DNA of 64,000 nucleotides from Candidatus Margulisiibacteriota bacterium (GTDB lineage: Bacteria; Margulisbacteria; WOR-1; O2-12-FULL-45-9; XYB2-FULL-48-7). Shown piece after piece: positions 19,555-28,746 of the stretch; the stretch's first letter is position 1, and every line of letters begins with the position of its first letter. The position numbers and the translations under genes are program-made. The notes beneath the pieces were generated by a model. It had not been told where the DNA came from and did no database searches. It was given only the letters and a program-made list of their open reading frames with translations. The stretch is taken from the NCBI GenBank assembly GCA_041658645.1, contig JBAZZV010000002.1:35828-99827 (forward strand), read 5' to 3'.

Positions 19555-20543
19555 TACTTATTTGCCTCCTGCGGTACCTCTTGTTTAGGTGACTGGGTAA
19601 CGGTGTTGACTACCGGGGGCTGTTGTACCCCATCCGGAGCCGCCATTCCACCATTATTAATCGAGTGCGGCCAGAATCCACCCCTCATCACATAGCCATA
19701 ATCAAAAGTTCCGTATTGTTTTAACAGACTAAGTTGATTGTTATATCTCTCTAATGCATCTTTGCCTCTTTTTCCGGGTTTTCCTAATTCCTGAAGCATT
19801 TCATTGATCACTTCGGTTTTATCTTTGTCTTTACCCGGCTGGATTTTTGCGATCATCCTTGGAATCACAAAGATCGACATCAGCATTGCCCACTTTTGGT
19901 CCTTGGTTAGATTTTTATCCTCCTGAATTTCCTGCATCTTAGCGCTAATTTTATGATCATAATGATTACTGGACTCATTGCCATATTCTGTTTTGATCCA
20001 AATGCAAGCCTGCTCAAGGGTACCAAAAACTGATTTTCCAGCTTCAATTTGGTCAGCTGAACTGACATAGATAAATCCATGAGTATTATGAACATATTGA
20101 TTAAAAGCGTCGCTAAAGTTATCCACTCTGTTGGAGTAGCCGCTGTCCCGCTGGTGATTAAAAGCTATTTGAGTGTTATGCATCCGATTTATTGCTCTGT
20201 CAAGGTCCGTAACAAGACATTCCGCCGGGCCATCTTTCCTGCCAAGGACTACGGCTTGAAAATTATCTTCACTATCAAATTCGAAACCACGTAAACCATT
20301 CTTTTCCATAACTTTGTTCCAATATTTCATGGTAATTATGCCGCCAGGCGCATTTCTTAAGTCCCGATTGACCTGACCTGCTTTTTCCCGACTACAACCA
20401 AGCAAAGCGGCCATTTTTCGATCAGGATCATATATTGATCGTGTTGATTGGTCAGTACCAATCGGAGCAGTAATCTTCTCATTATTTTTAACCGGTACCG
20501 TTGTACCGTTAGCAGCTGACGCTGATGCTGGATTTACTGGCAT
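19554..20543 (-). CDS. Hypothetical protein (329 aa), member of the sigma-28-motif gene block.
   Basis: ORF overlapping the upstream gene by 35 nt. No signal peptide and no known motif. Confidence 0.6.
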   Translation of the reverse strand: MPVNPASASAANGTTVPVKNNEKITAPIGTDQSTRSIYDPDRKMAALLGCSREKAGQVNRDLRNAPGGIITMKYWNKVMEKNGLRGFEFDSEDNFQAVVLGRKDGPAECLVTDLDRAINRMHNTQIAFNHQRDSGYSNRVDNFSDAFNQYVHNTHGFIYVSSADQIEAGKSVFGTLEQACIWIKTEYGNESSNHYDHKISAKMQEIQEDKNLTKDQKWAMLMSIFVIPRMIAKIQPGKDKDKTEVINEMLQELGKPGKRGKDALERYNNQLSLLKQYGTFDYGYVMRGGFWPHSINNGGMAAPDGVQQPPVVNTVTQSPKQEVPQEANK

Positions 20544-21387
20544 TTCTTGTCCCTCCCCTAAAATTCATCGTCATGATCCCTGCGAGATCATGTTTAACAG
20601 CGCCCTCAACCTTATCCAGCCGAGCGGAGATCGAATCGAGATTTTGCGCCTGGCTGTTTAACTGGGAACCGGCGTCGTCGGAAGTAGAGCTGTCGCCGCC
20701 ACCGGCCGGTGCCAGGCTCTTCACCGTTGCTAACATCTGCCCCATCTCGACCGCCTTCCCCTCTACCTGCCCGATCTTCCTGTCCAGCTCACTGGTATCG
20801 AGTCCAAGACGTTCGGCGCCGGCTTTGATCGCTTTTAAGTCGCCAACGATCTGGCCGGTTTTCGCGATCGCTTGTTTCAGCCGGGCGCGCAGTTCGTTCT
20901 GTTTTTGCTCCACCCGGTGCTGAAGATATTTTTCATCCAACCGTTTCTCTTCTTTCTTGTGCTCAACCTCTTCTTTCCCGGCTTTGGTTGACGGCTTGCC
21001 CATCACCGCGTCGTTGATCCGGCGTTGGGCGGCTAAAATATCGTTTAACAGCTGTTCGGTCAAGGTCGACAGATCGCCCCGCGGAGCAAACTCACCGCTT
21101 AAAGCCGAGCTACCCTCACTCTCGTCGGTTTGCGTGGACTGGACCGCTGCCATATAGTTGCCGACCAGCTGGTCAAAGTCATCCTGGTCCATCTTGCCCT
21201 GCGCGTATTTGAGCAGGTCTTCTTCATTCATTTTATTGGGGTCTTTGGTCTCACCGACATAACTGGAAAGGAGGTCCCCTTTGCCCATCTTCAACAGCGC
21301 CTGCCCGGTCCGGCCCAAAAGCCGGAAGTTCGGGTTACTAAGATTCAGCTTAACGCTGACGTCTAATTGGACTGATACATCACCCAT
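20509..21387 (-). CDS. Hypothetical coiled-coil protein (292 aa).
   Basis: ORF preceded by a GGAGAA RBS and the sigma-28-like motif at 21405-21437. The central region is rich in charged heptads (EEVEHKKEEKRLDEKYLQHRVEQKQNELRARLKQ). Confidence 0.65.
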   Translation of the reverse strand: MGDVSVQLDVSVKLNLSNPNFRLLGRTGQALLKMGKGDLLSSYVGETKDPNKMNEEDLLKYAQGKMDQDDFDQLVGNYMAAVQSTQTDESEGSSALSGEFAPRGDLSTLTEQLLNDILAAQRRINDAVMGKPSTKAGKEEVEHKKEEKRLDEKYLQHRVEQKQNELRARLKQAIAKTGQIVGDLKAIKAGAERLGLDTSELDRKIGQVEGKAVEMGQMLATVKSLAPAGGGDSSTSDDAGSQLNSQAQNLDSISARLDKVEGAVKHDLAGIMTMNFRGGTRNASKSSISVSC

Positions 21388-21404
21388 TGGTTGTTCTCCT
21401 ACCC

Positions 21405-21437
21405 ATATTATCGGAACTAACGGCTAAAAACTTGCAT
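21405..21437 (-). promoter_or_regulatory. Sigma-28-like promoter motif: TGCAAGTTTTT-N11-CCGATAATAT.
   Basis: Upstream of the 292-aa coiled-coil gene (start 21387). Confidence 0.55.
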
Positions 21438-23047
21438 TAATTTATCAGTTTCGTCTCACCCAGGATCCTCTGCATCAGCTTCTTGAGCAGGCCTTCTTTT
21501 TTGTCCAGGGCCGGATTCTTCCCATTGGTTTTCGCCTGTTTGACCTCAACTAGTTCCTTCCTGGCCAGGGAGAAGACCCGGGCGTTGGCTTGGTCGCGCA
21601 GGCGGACAAAATCGGCATCGGAAACCGGCAGGTCCAACCGTTTCAGGTTCTTCAGGAGTCCCTTGAGCCTAGTTTCCACCATCTGGTGGGCGGGGCCGGA
21701 AAGGTCATACAGAGTCGCTCTCTCCAACAGGGCTTCATTAAGCATCTCCACCGTCCGCTGTTTGGCCAGCTCCTGGGCTTCGCCTTTAATTTGCTCGTCC
21801 AGCTGGTCGGTAAAGATACCGAGGCGGAAGATGCCGTTTTTCAGCTTCCTGACCTTGAGCTCGGTCGAGATGGTTGTCAGCAGGTCGCCCTTGATCGCTC
21901 TCTGCATGTAGACCGCTCTCAAGCGATTGACCAGCAGTTCTTTCTCGTCTTTTTCGGTATACTCATAGGGGTTCTTCGGCGGCTGGCGCGACATGTCGCC
22001 CGCGTTGGTATTGACGTTATTGCCGGCCAGGCCGCCGGGCGGATCGAAATAGGTCAAGCCCAGATCGTTCTTTTCTTGCTTCCAGACCCGGTTTGTCCAG
22101 CCGGCAACATCCGCCCCCAGGTTTTCGGCCTTAACCGCGATCTTGGCGAGGGTGGAGAGGTCTTTTTTCCCTTCTTTCATGGTGACGCTGATCAGCTCTT
22201 TTTCCAGCTCCTGCATGAGAAAGTCCTTGATCTCCGCTTTGGCTTCTTTGCCGGCAAAGTCCGACGTCCCCTGGACGCCGTCGTGATAGCCGCCGAAATC
22301 CCAATTGCCTAATTTATCATTTTTAAAGACCTTGCTGGTATAAGCCCAAATCCCGATCTTAGCCGAAGCTTCCTCGACATTTCCTTCGGCCAAAGCGACC
22401 GCCACATACCGTTCCTTGATCCCGTCGGTGATCTGTTTTCTGATCTCATTCTTGATCTTAAGCTTGAGCGCAATGAGCTCTTTCTCCGGCACACCCTTTT
22501 CCAGTATTTTGTCCTTTAAGGTCTTTAATTTGGCGGCCAGGCCGGGATCGTTGCTGACCAAACTTTCTAGTAAAAGTGACGAATATTGCTGGACCAACCC
22601 TTTTAACTCACTGCCCGTGGAATAAGTTTTGACCCCCTGATTGCCGCTGTTCTCTCCTTCCTGCCGGCCTTTCTTTCCTTTATATTTTTCCACGCCGGTG
22701 ATCGCGTCTTCCAGCGCGCTTCTCGAGAGGGCGACCGTGTCCTCCCCTGTTTCGTCCTTGCCCAACATTCTGTCATATTCCTTATCCAGCTTGTTCAACA
22801 CCCCTTTGGTGGAAACGCCGGCTGACAGGCCGATGCTGGGCAATTTACCGAGGGTGTCAAGGATCATATCCATCTTGCCCTTTTTGTCGATCCCGCCGCC
22901 GCTCATGACCTTTTCCAAAATCTCTTTGGCCGTCCGCTTTGTTGCGGTCGTCTTGTCAAGGTTGTGCTTGGGAACTACCGCTTGGTTAAGGATCGCTCCT
23001 TCGTTCAGGGCGACGTTGATCTGCTGATTGTTGACCGTTTGGACCAT
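21437..23047 (-). CDS. Hypothetical protein (536 aa), Lys/Glu-rich, partly coiled-coil.
   Basis: Long ORF. Its start overlaps the stop of the 68-aa upstream gene by 1 nt. Confidence 0.65.
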   Translation of the reverse strand: MVQTVNNQQINVALNEGAILNQAVVPKHNLDKTTATKRTAKEILEKVMSGGGIDKKGKMDMILDTLGKLPSIGLSAGVSTKGVLNKLDKEYDRMLGKDETGEDTVALSRSALEDAITGVEKYKGKKGRQEGENSGNQGVKTYSTGSELKGLVQQYSSLLLESLVSNDPGLAAKLKTLKDKILEKGVPEKELIALKLKIKNEIRKQITDGIKERYVAVALAEGNVEEASAKIGIWAYTSKVFKNDKLGNWDFGGYHDGVQGTSDFAGKEAKAEIKDFLMQELEKELISVTMKEGKKDLSTLAKIAVKAENLGADVAGWTNRVWKQEKNDLGLTYFDPPGGLAGNNVNTNAGDMSRQPPKNPYEYTEKDEKELLVNRLRAVYMQRAIKGDLLTTISTELKVRKLKNGIFRLGIFTDQLDEQIKGEAQELAKQRTVEMLNEALLERATLYDLSGPAHQMVETRLKGLLKNLKRLDLPVSDADFVRLRDQANARVFSLARKELVEVKQAKTNGKNPALDKKEGLLKKLMQRILGETKLIN

Positions 23048-23253
23048 TAAATGCCCCCTCTAAGGCCGGATAAGATCATTTCCCGGCTTCTCTTTTCCTT
23101 CAGCAGTGACACCTTTTTCCCGGTCGTTTTAATAAAGGTGTCGACTTTCTGGATATAGCCGTCCAGTATCTTGATCTTTTTATCCAGGTCGGCGACCTTG
23201 ATCGTTTCTTCTTCCTGGAGTAATTCCGGTTTAATTTCGGCCATATAATTCAC
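23047..23253 (-). CDS. Small hypothetical protein (68 aa) ending in GGI.
   Basis: Short ORF translationally coupled on both sides. Weak on its own. Confidence 0.4.
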   Translation of the reverse strand: MNYMAEIKPELLQEEETIKVADLDKKIKILDGYIQKVDTFIKTTGKKVSLLKEKRSREMILSGLRGGI

Positions 23254-23947
23254 ACAATTCCTTCAGGCCCTTTAGATTGCCGACTTGTTCCGCCAGGTTC
23301 TCCCTGATGATTTGCGCCTGCTCCAGCCGGAGTTCGTGAAGATTGAGTTGGGAGACCGGCTTGCCCAGCCGCTGGGCCTGCAGGGAAAGTTGTTTTTCGA
23401 TCTCGGCCATGATCCGGCGCTCTTTTTTGTTCTTGCCGCCGGAAATGGTCAGCAGGACATAATTCCTGGCGTTTTCCTTAAACAGCAGTTTGTTCTGTTT
23501 TTCGAGATCTTCCAGCGCCTGCCGCCGCAAAGCTTCCAGCTCACCCGGCGAAACCCCGGCCAGCGAGAGGAGAAAACGCAAGGCACCCGCTTTGAAAGAG
23601 TAATATTTCGAGACGAGCAGGTTGGGCGATCCCTGCGCCTGCTGGAGCGCTTTGGTAAAAGCGTCTTTCCAGGTTTCCAGGCTGGCCGCGCCAAAGGCCG
23701 GCGCTTTGACGGCTGCCTGCGTATAAACGACCGCCGAGGCGTAGGAATGGGTGAGCCGCGGCAAACCGGTAAACTCTGAACTGCCCGCCTCTTCCGATCC
23801 GGCGACCTGCGCCAGGTATTTTGACCAGTCGGGAGCGGCTTCCGTCTTGGGGGGCGCTTTTTCCGCCGGCTGTTGGTTGGCTTGCGGTTTGCTCTTCAAA
23901 GCGAACAGCGCCGCTTTATTATAAGCGTTCAGATTGCATTCAGTCAT
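23231..23947 (-). CDS. Hypothetical protein (238 aa).
   Basis: ORF overlapping the GT2 gene stop by 8 nt. No known motif. Confidence 0.6.
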   Translation of the reverse strand: MTECNLNAYNKAALFALKSKPQANQQPAEKAPPKTEAAPDWSKYLAQVAGSEEAGSSEFTGLPRLTHSYASAVVYTQAAVKAPAFGAASLETWKDAFTKALQQAQGSPNLLVSKYYSFKAGALRFLLSLAGVSPGELEALRRQALEDLEKQNKLLFKENARNYVLLTISGGKNKKERRIMAEIEKQLSLQAQRLGKPVSQLNLHELRLEQAQIIRENLAEQVGNLKGLKELCELYGRN

Positions 23948-25031
23948 TTTTTTTCTCCAGGATATTTATCACCGACAGGACTTTTTGATCCGGCTGGGCC
24001 TTATAAGCCTGCCGGAAATTATCCAGAGCCTGCTCTTTATTGCCCAATTTCAGCCAGGCCATTCCCAGCAGGTAATAGGGATAATAATCATAAAGCCGGA
24101 CATTAAGGGGAGCGCAGTTGCCCCCTTTAAGCGGGAAATTGGCTATCGGCTTGAGAATTTCTACCGCCTCCAGCGGCTGATCAGCAGCCAGCAGCAGAGT
24201 TGCTTTTACCACTCTCGGCTCCGGATCAAAAGGATCACGCAGACAAGCGTCAGCGGCCACCTTCATGGCCTGGCCTGTTTGCTGGAGAAGGATAAAACAG
24301 CGCGCTAACTGACAGCGCGCTTTCGTCATGATCTCACCCTCCGGTAAAAACTGAATCGCTTGCTGATAGGTTTCAGCCGCCGGTTGAAATAAGTTTTTCC
24401 TGAAATAGGTATTGGCCAGCAGATAGGCGAATTGCGGATCGTCCGGTTTTTTGGCCAGCGCTTGCTCAAACATGGTCACGCTTCTTTCCAGTTTTTGCGC
24501 TTTTTTCTTCTCGTCCAGGGCGGCAAGGCCGCCCCAGTGATAAATATTAAAATCGATCTCTTTACGGGTGGCTTGTTCAGCAGTGTTCAGCTCTTCATTC
24601 ACCGGCCGGACAAAATGGAAACCCCTGCCGTTTCTGAATATTTTATCCCGTTTGTAAAAGACATCGCTTTTAGTTTCGCCTTTTTGGCATTCCCAGATCC
24701 GGCCGAAGATCAGGTCGGCTGGACCGTCCCGGAGAAACTCCCTTAGTTTTTGGAATTCCCGCGGGGTAACGTACTCATCGGCATCGAGCCAGAGGATATA
24801 TTGGCCGGCGGCGTGTTTTAAGCTCTCGTTGCGGGCGGCGGAAAAGTCATTGGTCCAGGGGAATTCGTAAAGCCCGGCCCCGGCCTCCCGGATGATCTCT
24901 TTGGTCCGATCGGTCGAGCCGGTATCAACAACGATAACCTCATCAGCCCCGGCCATGACCGAAGGCAAGGTTTTGAGGAGATTCTCCTCTTCGTTTTTGA
25001 CTATCATGCAGACAGAAAGTAGCTTTGCCAT
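23940..25031 (-). CDS. Family-2 glycosyltransferase with a C-terminal TPR domain (363 aa).
   Basis: N-terminus LSVCMIVKNEEENLLKTLPSV...VIVVDTGSTDRT...WLDADE is a GT-A/GT2 fold with a DxD motif. C-terminal TPR-like helices. The sigma-28-like motif lies at 25039-25070. Confidence 0.8.
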   Translation of the reverse strand: MAKLLSVCMIVKNEEENLLKTLPSVMAGADEVIVVDTGSTDRTKEIIREAGAGLYEFPWTNDFSAARNESLKHAAGQYILWLDADEYVTPREFQKLREFLRDGPADLIFGRIWECQKGETKSDVFYKRDKIFRNGRGFHFVRPVNEELNTAEQATRKEIDFNIYHWGGLAALDEKKKAQKLERSVTMFEQALAKKPDDPQFAYLLANTYFRKNLFQPAAETYQQAIQFLPEGEIMTKARCQLARCFILLQQTGQAMKVAADACLRDPFDPEPRVVKATLLLAADQPLEAVEILKPIANFPLKGGNCAPLNVRLYDYYPYYLLGMAWLKLGNKEQALDNFRQAYKAQPDQKVLSVINILEKKND

Positions 25032-25038
25032 ACCTACT

Positions 25039-25070
25039 AATATATCGGGTTAAATGGACAATAACTTGCA
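25039..25070 (-). promoter_or_regulatory. Sigma-28-like promoter motif: TGCAAGTTATT-N11-CCGATATATT.
   Basis: Upstream of the GT2-TPR gene (start 25031). Confidence 0.55.
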
Positions 25071-25106
25071 TAAAAAGGGGGGGAACAAGGGAAACAAAGG
25101 CCTGGG

Positions 25107-25292
25107 TTACTCGTCTCCTTTATTCCTCTTGCTGGCTGACTTGGCGGCTGTTTCCACATGCTGTTTGAAGAAATTGGCCATCATTGATTGCTGAAACTTA
25201 GCCAAGGCGGCCTTAGGGTCAAGGTTCTTGCCCCAATCGCCATTATTCAACTTATCGATATTCGCGTTAAGCGGTCCTTCGACTGCGGCCAT
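25107..25292 (-). CDS. Small hypothetical protein (61 aa).
   Basis: Short ORF with a strong RBS (GAGAGGTGAG) and its own sigma-28-like motif at 25311-25343. Confidence 0.5.
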   Translation of the reverse strand: MAAVEGPLNANIDKLNNGDWGKNLDPKAALAKFQQSMMANFFKQHVETAAKSASKRNKGDE

Positions 25293-25310
25293 TTAACTCA
25301 CCTCTCTAAC

Positions 25311-25343
25311 TTTAATATCGTAACCAGAAAGAAAATACTTGCG
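25311..25343 (-). promoter_or_regulatory. Sigma-28-like promoter motif: CGCAAGTATTTT-N11-CGATATTAA.
   Basis: Upstream of the 61-aa gene (start 25292). Confidence 0.5.
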
Positions 25344-25346
25344 TGA

Positions 25347-27425
25347 TCACTTTTTATTTTTCTGCCTTAGCGTTTTGAGATTGTCCGACCGGGCGGCGGC
25401 CGTTTTTTCAACCGCGACCTTCTGCTGTTTGGCCTTTTCGGACGCGGCCTTGGCTTCGCCCGTTTTAGCTCTTGCTCTGGCCGCGCTTTTCGCTTCGGCA
25501 ACAGCCGTTTCCCATTTATCATCCCGAACTTTTTCCTTTTCCTTTTTATAATCTTCGGTTTTTCGCTCATGTCCGTTCCGATTAAATTTATTTATTTGAC
25601 TTATCTGTATCGTATAATCAAGATAAGCCATGGCTTTGTTAAGCAAATTACTGTAAGCCCGGAAATTGTAGGAATTATTATAAAGATTAACCGTGCCCAG
25701 GTCCTCGTTATTCTGCCACAAGTGGGCGGTCGAGTTTCGGCTCAGATTGAAATAGTTCAGACCGACAAACAGACCGCGGGCGCTCCCCCTGACATTCGCC
25801 ACCTGAACATTATACCAAAGCAGATCACTGCCGCCTTCAATAACCGGCAAATCGGTCCAGCTGCCCCCCCCGTCCCAACCTTCGACATTCAACATCCAGT
25901 TCTGCAGATCAGCACCGGGTGAACCCAGCCAAGCTCTATCCTGAAAGTTATAGCCTTCAGAAGAGATAGGATACATGGAAATACCTTCTGATTCGCCTAC
26001 TTTTTTAGGATAATAAACGTTATTCTCTTCCAGGTGGCCGTAAAACTCCGCTTTTAGACTGGTTACCACATGTTTTTTATAGTCATCGTCACTTTTAAAT
26101 CCATTCAAATATCCAGATAGACCACTAACGGCATCTTTAACCGATATATTTCCCTGCTTTAAATCGTCTATAATTTTAGTAATATTGGCCGTTTTGATCT
26201 TGAGGCCGCCCAGCGCATTTAAGACCTGCTCCACGCTGGTCGCGCTGGCCAGGGCATTTTTGGTGCCGGCAAAACTTCCGTTAAATACCCAGCTATTATC
26301 AAACTGGGCAAAAACACTGTCAATCCAGGCTTTATACTTAGTAAATGGAGCTTGCGGATCGCCCCAACCGCCGCCTTTGAAGGGATCAAAGTCGCCATTC
26401 CATCCTCTCCCGGCCGAAAGCGCGCCGATCCATTGCCCGGCGGTATCCCACAGTTCATAGTATTCAGTGAAAAGAAATTGATTAAGCTGGCCCGATTCCT
26501 GCCCCCGCCAGTCGGTCGGCTTATTATCCGACCAGGAAGCTATTTTTTTCATTTTATCAGCGTCAGTCAGCTCGTCAAGGGCACCGTAGGAGAGGGCATT
26601 CTGCGTTACACCATACCCAAAATCATAGCTCTTAGCTTGCGGCCGGTGACTGCCAAAAAGGTCAGTCATGGCGTAAGCGATCCGTCTTTTTGATTCGATC
26701 AGCCCGAGTATCCAGGCGATCCCCTGCTCCGGTCCTGGATTATTACTATTTTGTTTAAAGTTTTCATATACAAATTCATAATAGTTGCGGTTGACATTCA
26801 AACCGGCTTTTTTTTCCTTAAAAAGGGTTGAATAGTCCGGCACATAGCCAAGCTCCGCTCCGGCCGTCCCGGAACCGGTGCGTTTATAGACATAGCTCAT
26901 ATCGTCAAATTCATACGCGTCGATCGCTTCATCTATACTTCCGAGACTGCCATCGGTATACTGGACCTGATTAAATTCATCGTATATCTTGGGGGATTTG
27001 GCATTGCCCACATAATTAAAGTGCTGGAAATCCGAGGCGCCAAAATAATAATCAAGACCGGGAGTTTGTTTTTCTTTATTTATTGTTTTCTCCCCCCAAA
27101 ATTCCAAAGGAACACCGGGCTCTAACTGATCGTTTATCCCGTTGCCATTCGAGTCAGACATAGAAAAACGCAGCTTCATGTGATGCGTGGCGCCGGGTTC
27201 ATCAAGCGTCCCGGCAAGATCCTCACCGCTGATCTTGGAAATTATTCTCTGCGGGGGTAAAAACTTCATCATTTCCTGGAGAAAGTTTACGCGGGAAAAA
27301 AGCCAGCGGCGGCCGCGCACGGTCGTCTCGTTGCCCCAGACCCCTTCTTCGCCAAACGTCCCGTCAACGGGAACGTTGGGGATATAAGGAGCCGGCGCGG
27401 GGGTCATTACATCAAAATCGGTCAT
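25347..27425 (-). CDS. Large hypothetical protein (692 aa) with a Lys/Ala/Glu-rich basic C-terminal tail.
   Basis: Long ORF with an AAAGGCAGG RBS. No signal peptide and no recognisable catalytic motif. The C-terminal about 90 aa are highly charged (KEKEKVRDDKWETAVAEAKSAARARAKTGEAKAASEKAKQQK). Confidence 0.7.
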   Translation of the reverse strand: MTDFDVMTPAPAPYIPNVPVDGTFGEEGVWGNETTVRGRRWLFSRVNFLQEMMKFLPPQRIISKISGEDLAGTLDEPGATHHMKLRFSMSDSNGNGINDQLEPGVPLEFWGEKTINKEKQTPGLDYYFGASDFQHFNYVGNAKSPKIYDEFNQVQYTDGSLGSIDEAIDAYEFDDMSYVYKRTGSGTAGAELGYVPDYSTLFKEKKAGLNVNRNYYEFVYENFKQNSNNPGPEQGIAWILGLIESKRRIAYAMTDLFGSHRPQAKSYDFGYGVTQNALSYGALDELTDADKMKKIASWSDNKPTDWRGQESGQLNQFLFTEYYELWDTAGQWIGALSAGRGWNGDFDPFKGGGWGDPQAPFTKYKAWIDSVFAQFDNSWVFNGSFAGTKNALASATSVEQVLNALGGLKIKTANITKIIDDLKQGNISVKDAVSGLSGYLNGFKSDDDYKKHVVTSLKAEFYGHLEENNVYYPKKVGESEGISMYPISSEGYNFQDRAWLGSPGADLQNWMLNVEGWDGGGSWTDLPVIEGGSDLLWYNVQVANVRGSARGLFVGLNYFNLSRNSTAHLWQNNEDLGTVNLYNNSYNFRAYSNLLNKAMAYLDYTIQISQINKFNRNGHERKTEDYKKEKEKVRDDKWETAVAEAKSAARARAKTGEAKAASEKAKQQKVAVEKTAAARSDNLKTLRQKNKK

Positions 27426-27447
27426 TTTTCAACCTGCCTTTTCTGCT

Positions 27448-27801
27448 TTAACCGCCGGCCATCATTTTGGCGGCCGTTTCGTCATAACTTAGCCGCTTCT
27501 GGAACAAACCCATGGTCATATTGTACTGGTTTTCCAATTGGGAGGTCGCGTAGTTGATCGCCATCAGGCCGCCGGAAGAGGTCTTGTCAACTTCGCCCAG
27601 GCCAAAGACGCTTAAGTCGACAATTTTAATTTCAGAATTTGACGTCTCCAGCGTGATCTTATTCAGTTTTTTGAAAATGATCCGCAGGAACTCTTTGGTA
27701 TCAGCGGCAGAGACCTGGCCGCCCGAGCGCACGCTGTTCTGGGCGGCAAAAACCGACCCGGCTGATTGATTGTTGACCGATTTATCCATTTTTCCCTCCA
27801 T
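27448..27801 (-). CDS. Small protein, paralog B of a pair (117 aa; the start is possibly at 27789). It ends in ...KMMAGG.
   Basis: It shares the core K-[ST]-[AS]-GGL-[FM]-A-[VI]-x-x-x-x-S-x-x-E-[RN]-Q with the upstream 98-aa gene. A GGAGGG RBS is present. The hairpin at 27829-27850 lies immediately upstream. Confidence 0.6.
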   Translation of the reverse strand: MEGKMDKSVNNQSAGSVFAAQNSVRSGGQVSAADTKEFLRIIFKKLNKITLETSNSEIKIVDLSVFGLGEVDKTSSGGLMAINYATSQLENQYNMTMGLFQKRLSYDETAAKMMAGG

Positions 27802-27828
27802 TTAATCCCGACGAACGAAATTAAAGAG

Positions 27829-27850
27829 AGGGGGGAGAATTCTCCCCCCT
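27829..27850 (-). terminator. Intrinsic terminator/attenuator hairpin (9-bp GC stem, AATT loop) followed on the coding strand by CTCTTTAATTT, located between the two paralogous small-protein genes.
   Basis: aggggggag-aatt-ctcccccct with a T-rich 3' flank on the minus strand. Confidence 0.65.
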
Positions 27851-27859
27851 ATAAACCTT

Positions 27860-28156
27860 TTAACCACCCTGGGTTCTCTTATAATCGACGGCCGCTCCCT
27901 TTGTAAGCTCAATTCCCTTTTTCGGAGCCGCGGCTGAAATTGTTTGGGCTCTTTCGTTAAGACTAACTTCCTGGGTAACCGCGAACAATCCACCGGCGGA
28001 TTTCACGTCAACGTCATCCAGCTTCATTTGCGTCAGATGAACCTCACCCCCGTCAACCGATGATTTAGCAATCTGCACGGTGAGCTCGTTTAATTGATTC
28101 CCAAGCTCGGTTAACGCCGTATAAGATTTCTGCAATCCTTCAAGTTCTGTTGCCAT
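27860..28156 (-). CDS. Small protein, paralog A of the pair (98 aa). It ends in ...KRTQGG and is the candidate major structural subunit.
   Basis: AGGAGGTGAAAAGGT RBS. It is followed by an 8-9 bp GC hairpin plus a T-rich tract, which is attenuator-like. It is paralogous to the downstream 117-aa protein. Confidence 0.65.
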   Translation of the reverse strand: MATELEGLQKSYTALTELGNQLNELTVQIAKSSVDGGEVHLTQMKLDDVDVKSAGGLFAVTQEVSLNERAQTISAAAPKKGIELTKGAAVDYKRTQGG

Positions 28157-28189
28157 ACCTTTTCACCTCCTTTTTGCCATACTGTCGAA

Positions 28190-28405
28190 TCAAACCAGCT
28201 GGTTGATCGAACTGCCTGAACCAGCCGGCGGAATTGCCTCTTTGGAAACCGGGCCCGCATCCGTAACTTCCGCGATCTTGAGATCGAGACCGCTCTCTTC
28301 AAATCTCGCCTTAACGAGGCCCTTTAGATCGGAGAGGAGATCAGTAATTTGCCCTGAATTCGCCTGACTATTAAGATTTAAATTACCGATCGTTGAATTG
28401 CCCAT
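28190..28405 (-). CDS. Small hypothetical protein (71 aa).
   Basis: GGGAGCGG RBS. The sigma-28-like motif lies at 28420-28452 directly upstream. Confidence 0.5.
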   Translation of the reverse strand: MGNSTIGNLNLNSQANSGQITDLLSDLKGLVKARFEESGLDLKIAEVTDAGPVSKEAIPPAGSGSSINQLV

Positions 28406-28419
28406 TGTCCGCTCCCACT

Positions 28420-28452
28420 ATACTTATCGTACTCCGAAAGACAAAACTTGCA
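28420..28452 (-). promoter_or_regulatory. Sigma-28-like promoter motif: TGCAAGTTTT-N13-CGATAAGTAT.
   Basis: Upstream of the 71-aa gene and the paralog A gene. Confidence 0.55.
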
Positions 28453-28734
28453 TTAATCTTCTTTCAGCTTTTTCTCGACTTGAGAGATCTTTTTCAGTAT
28501 CTCGTCGAGGCCTTCATCTTGCGCGGCCAAGCCGGTAAAAAAATCAGCGAACAGTTTTTTGTCGGACATGGCGCCGGCAAAGGTCTCCGTCCCGCGGGTC
28601 ACCTGGTCGGCCCGGAAATTCTCGATCAGATTGCGCACAAAAGAGAGGGAAGCCGGTTGATTGCTGGGGGCGTTATCCAGCGTCTTAGGGCTCATTTGCC
28701 TGAACATAGAAGCTGAAATGCCGTCTAATAACAT
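28453..28734 (-). CDS. Small hypothetical protein (93 aa).
   Basis: ORF 12 nt downstream of the OMP gene with a GGAAAGGA RBS. Confidence 0.5.
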   Translation of the reverse strand: MLLDGISASMFRQMSPKTLDNAPSNQPASLSFVRNLIENFRADQVTRGTETFAGAMSDKKLFADFFTGLAAQDEGLDEILKKISQVEKKLKED

Positions 28735-28746
28735 GTTATCCTTTCC

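Noticed and set aside
27448-28156. Interpretation of the GG-terminal small proteins as ubiquitin-like modifiers.
   Set aside because: There is no E1/ThiF, JAMM or E2-like gene in the vicinity. The proteins are longer and more polar than beta-grasp modifiers. I kept this only as a low-weight note within a finding.
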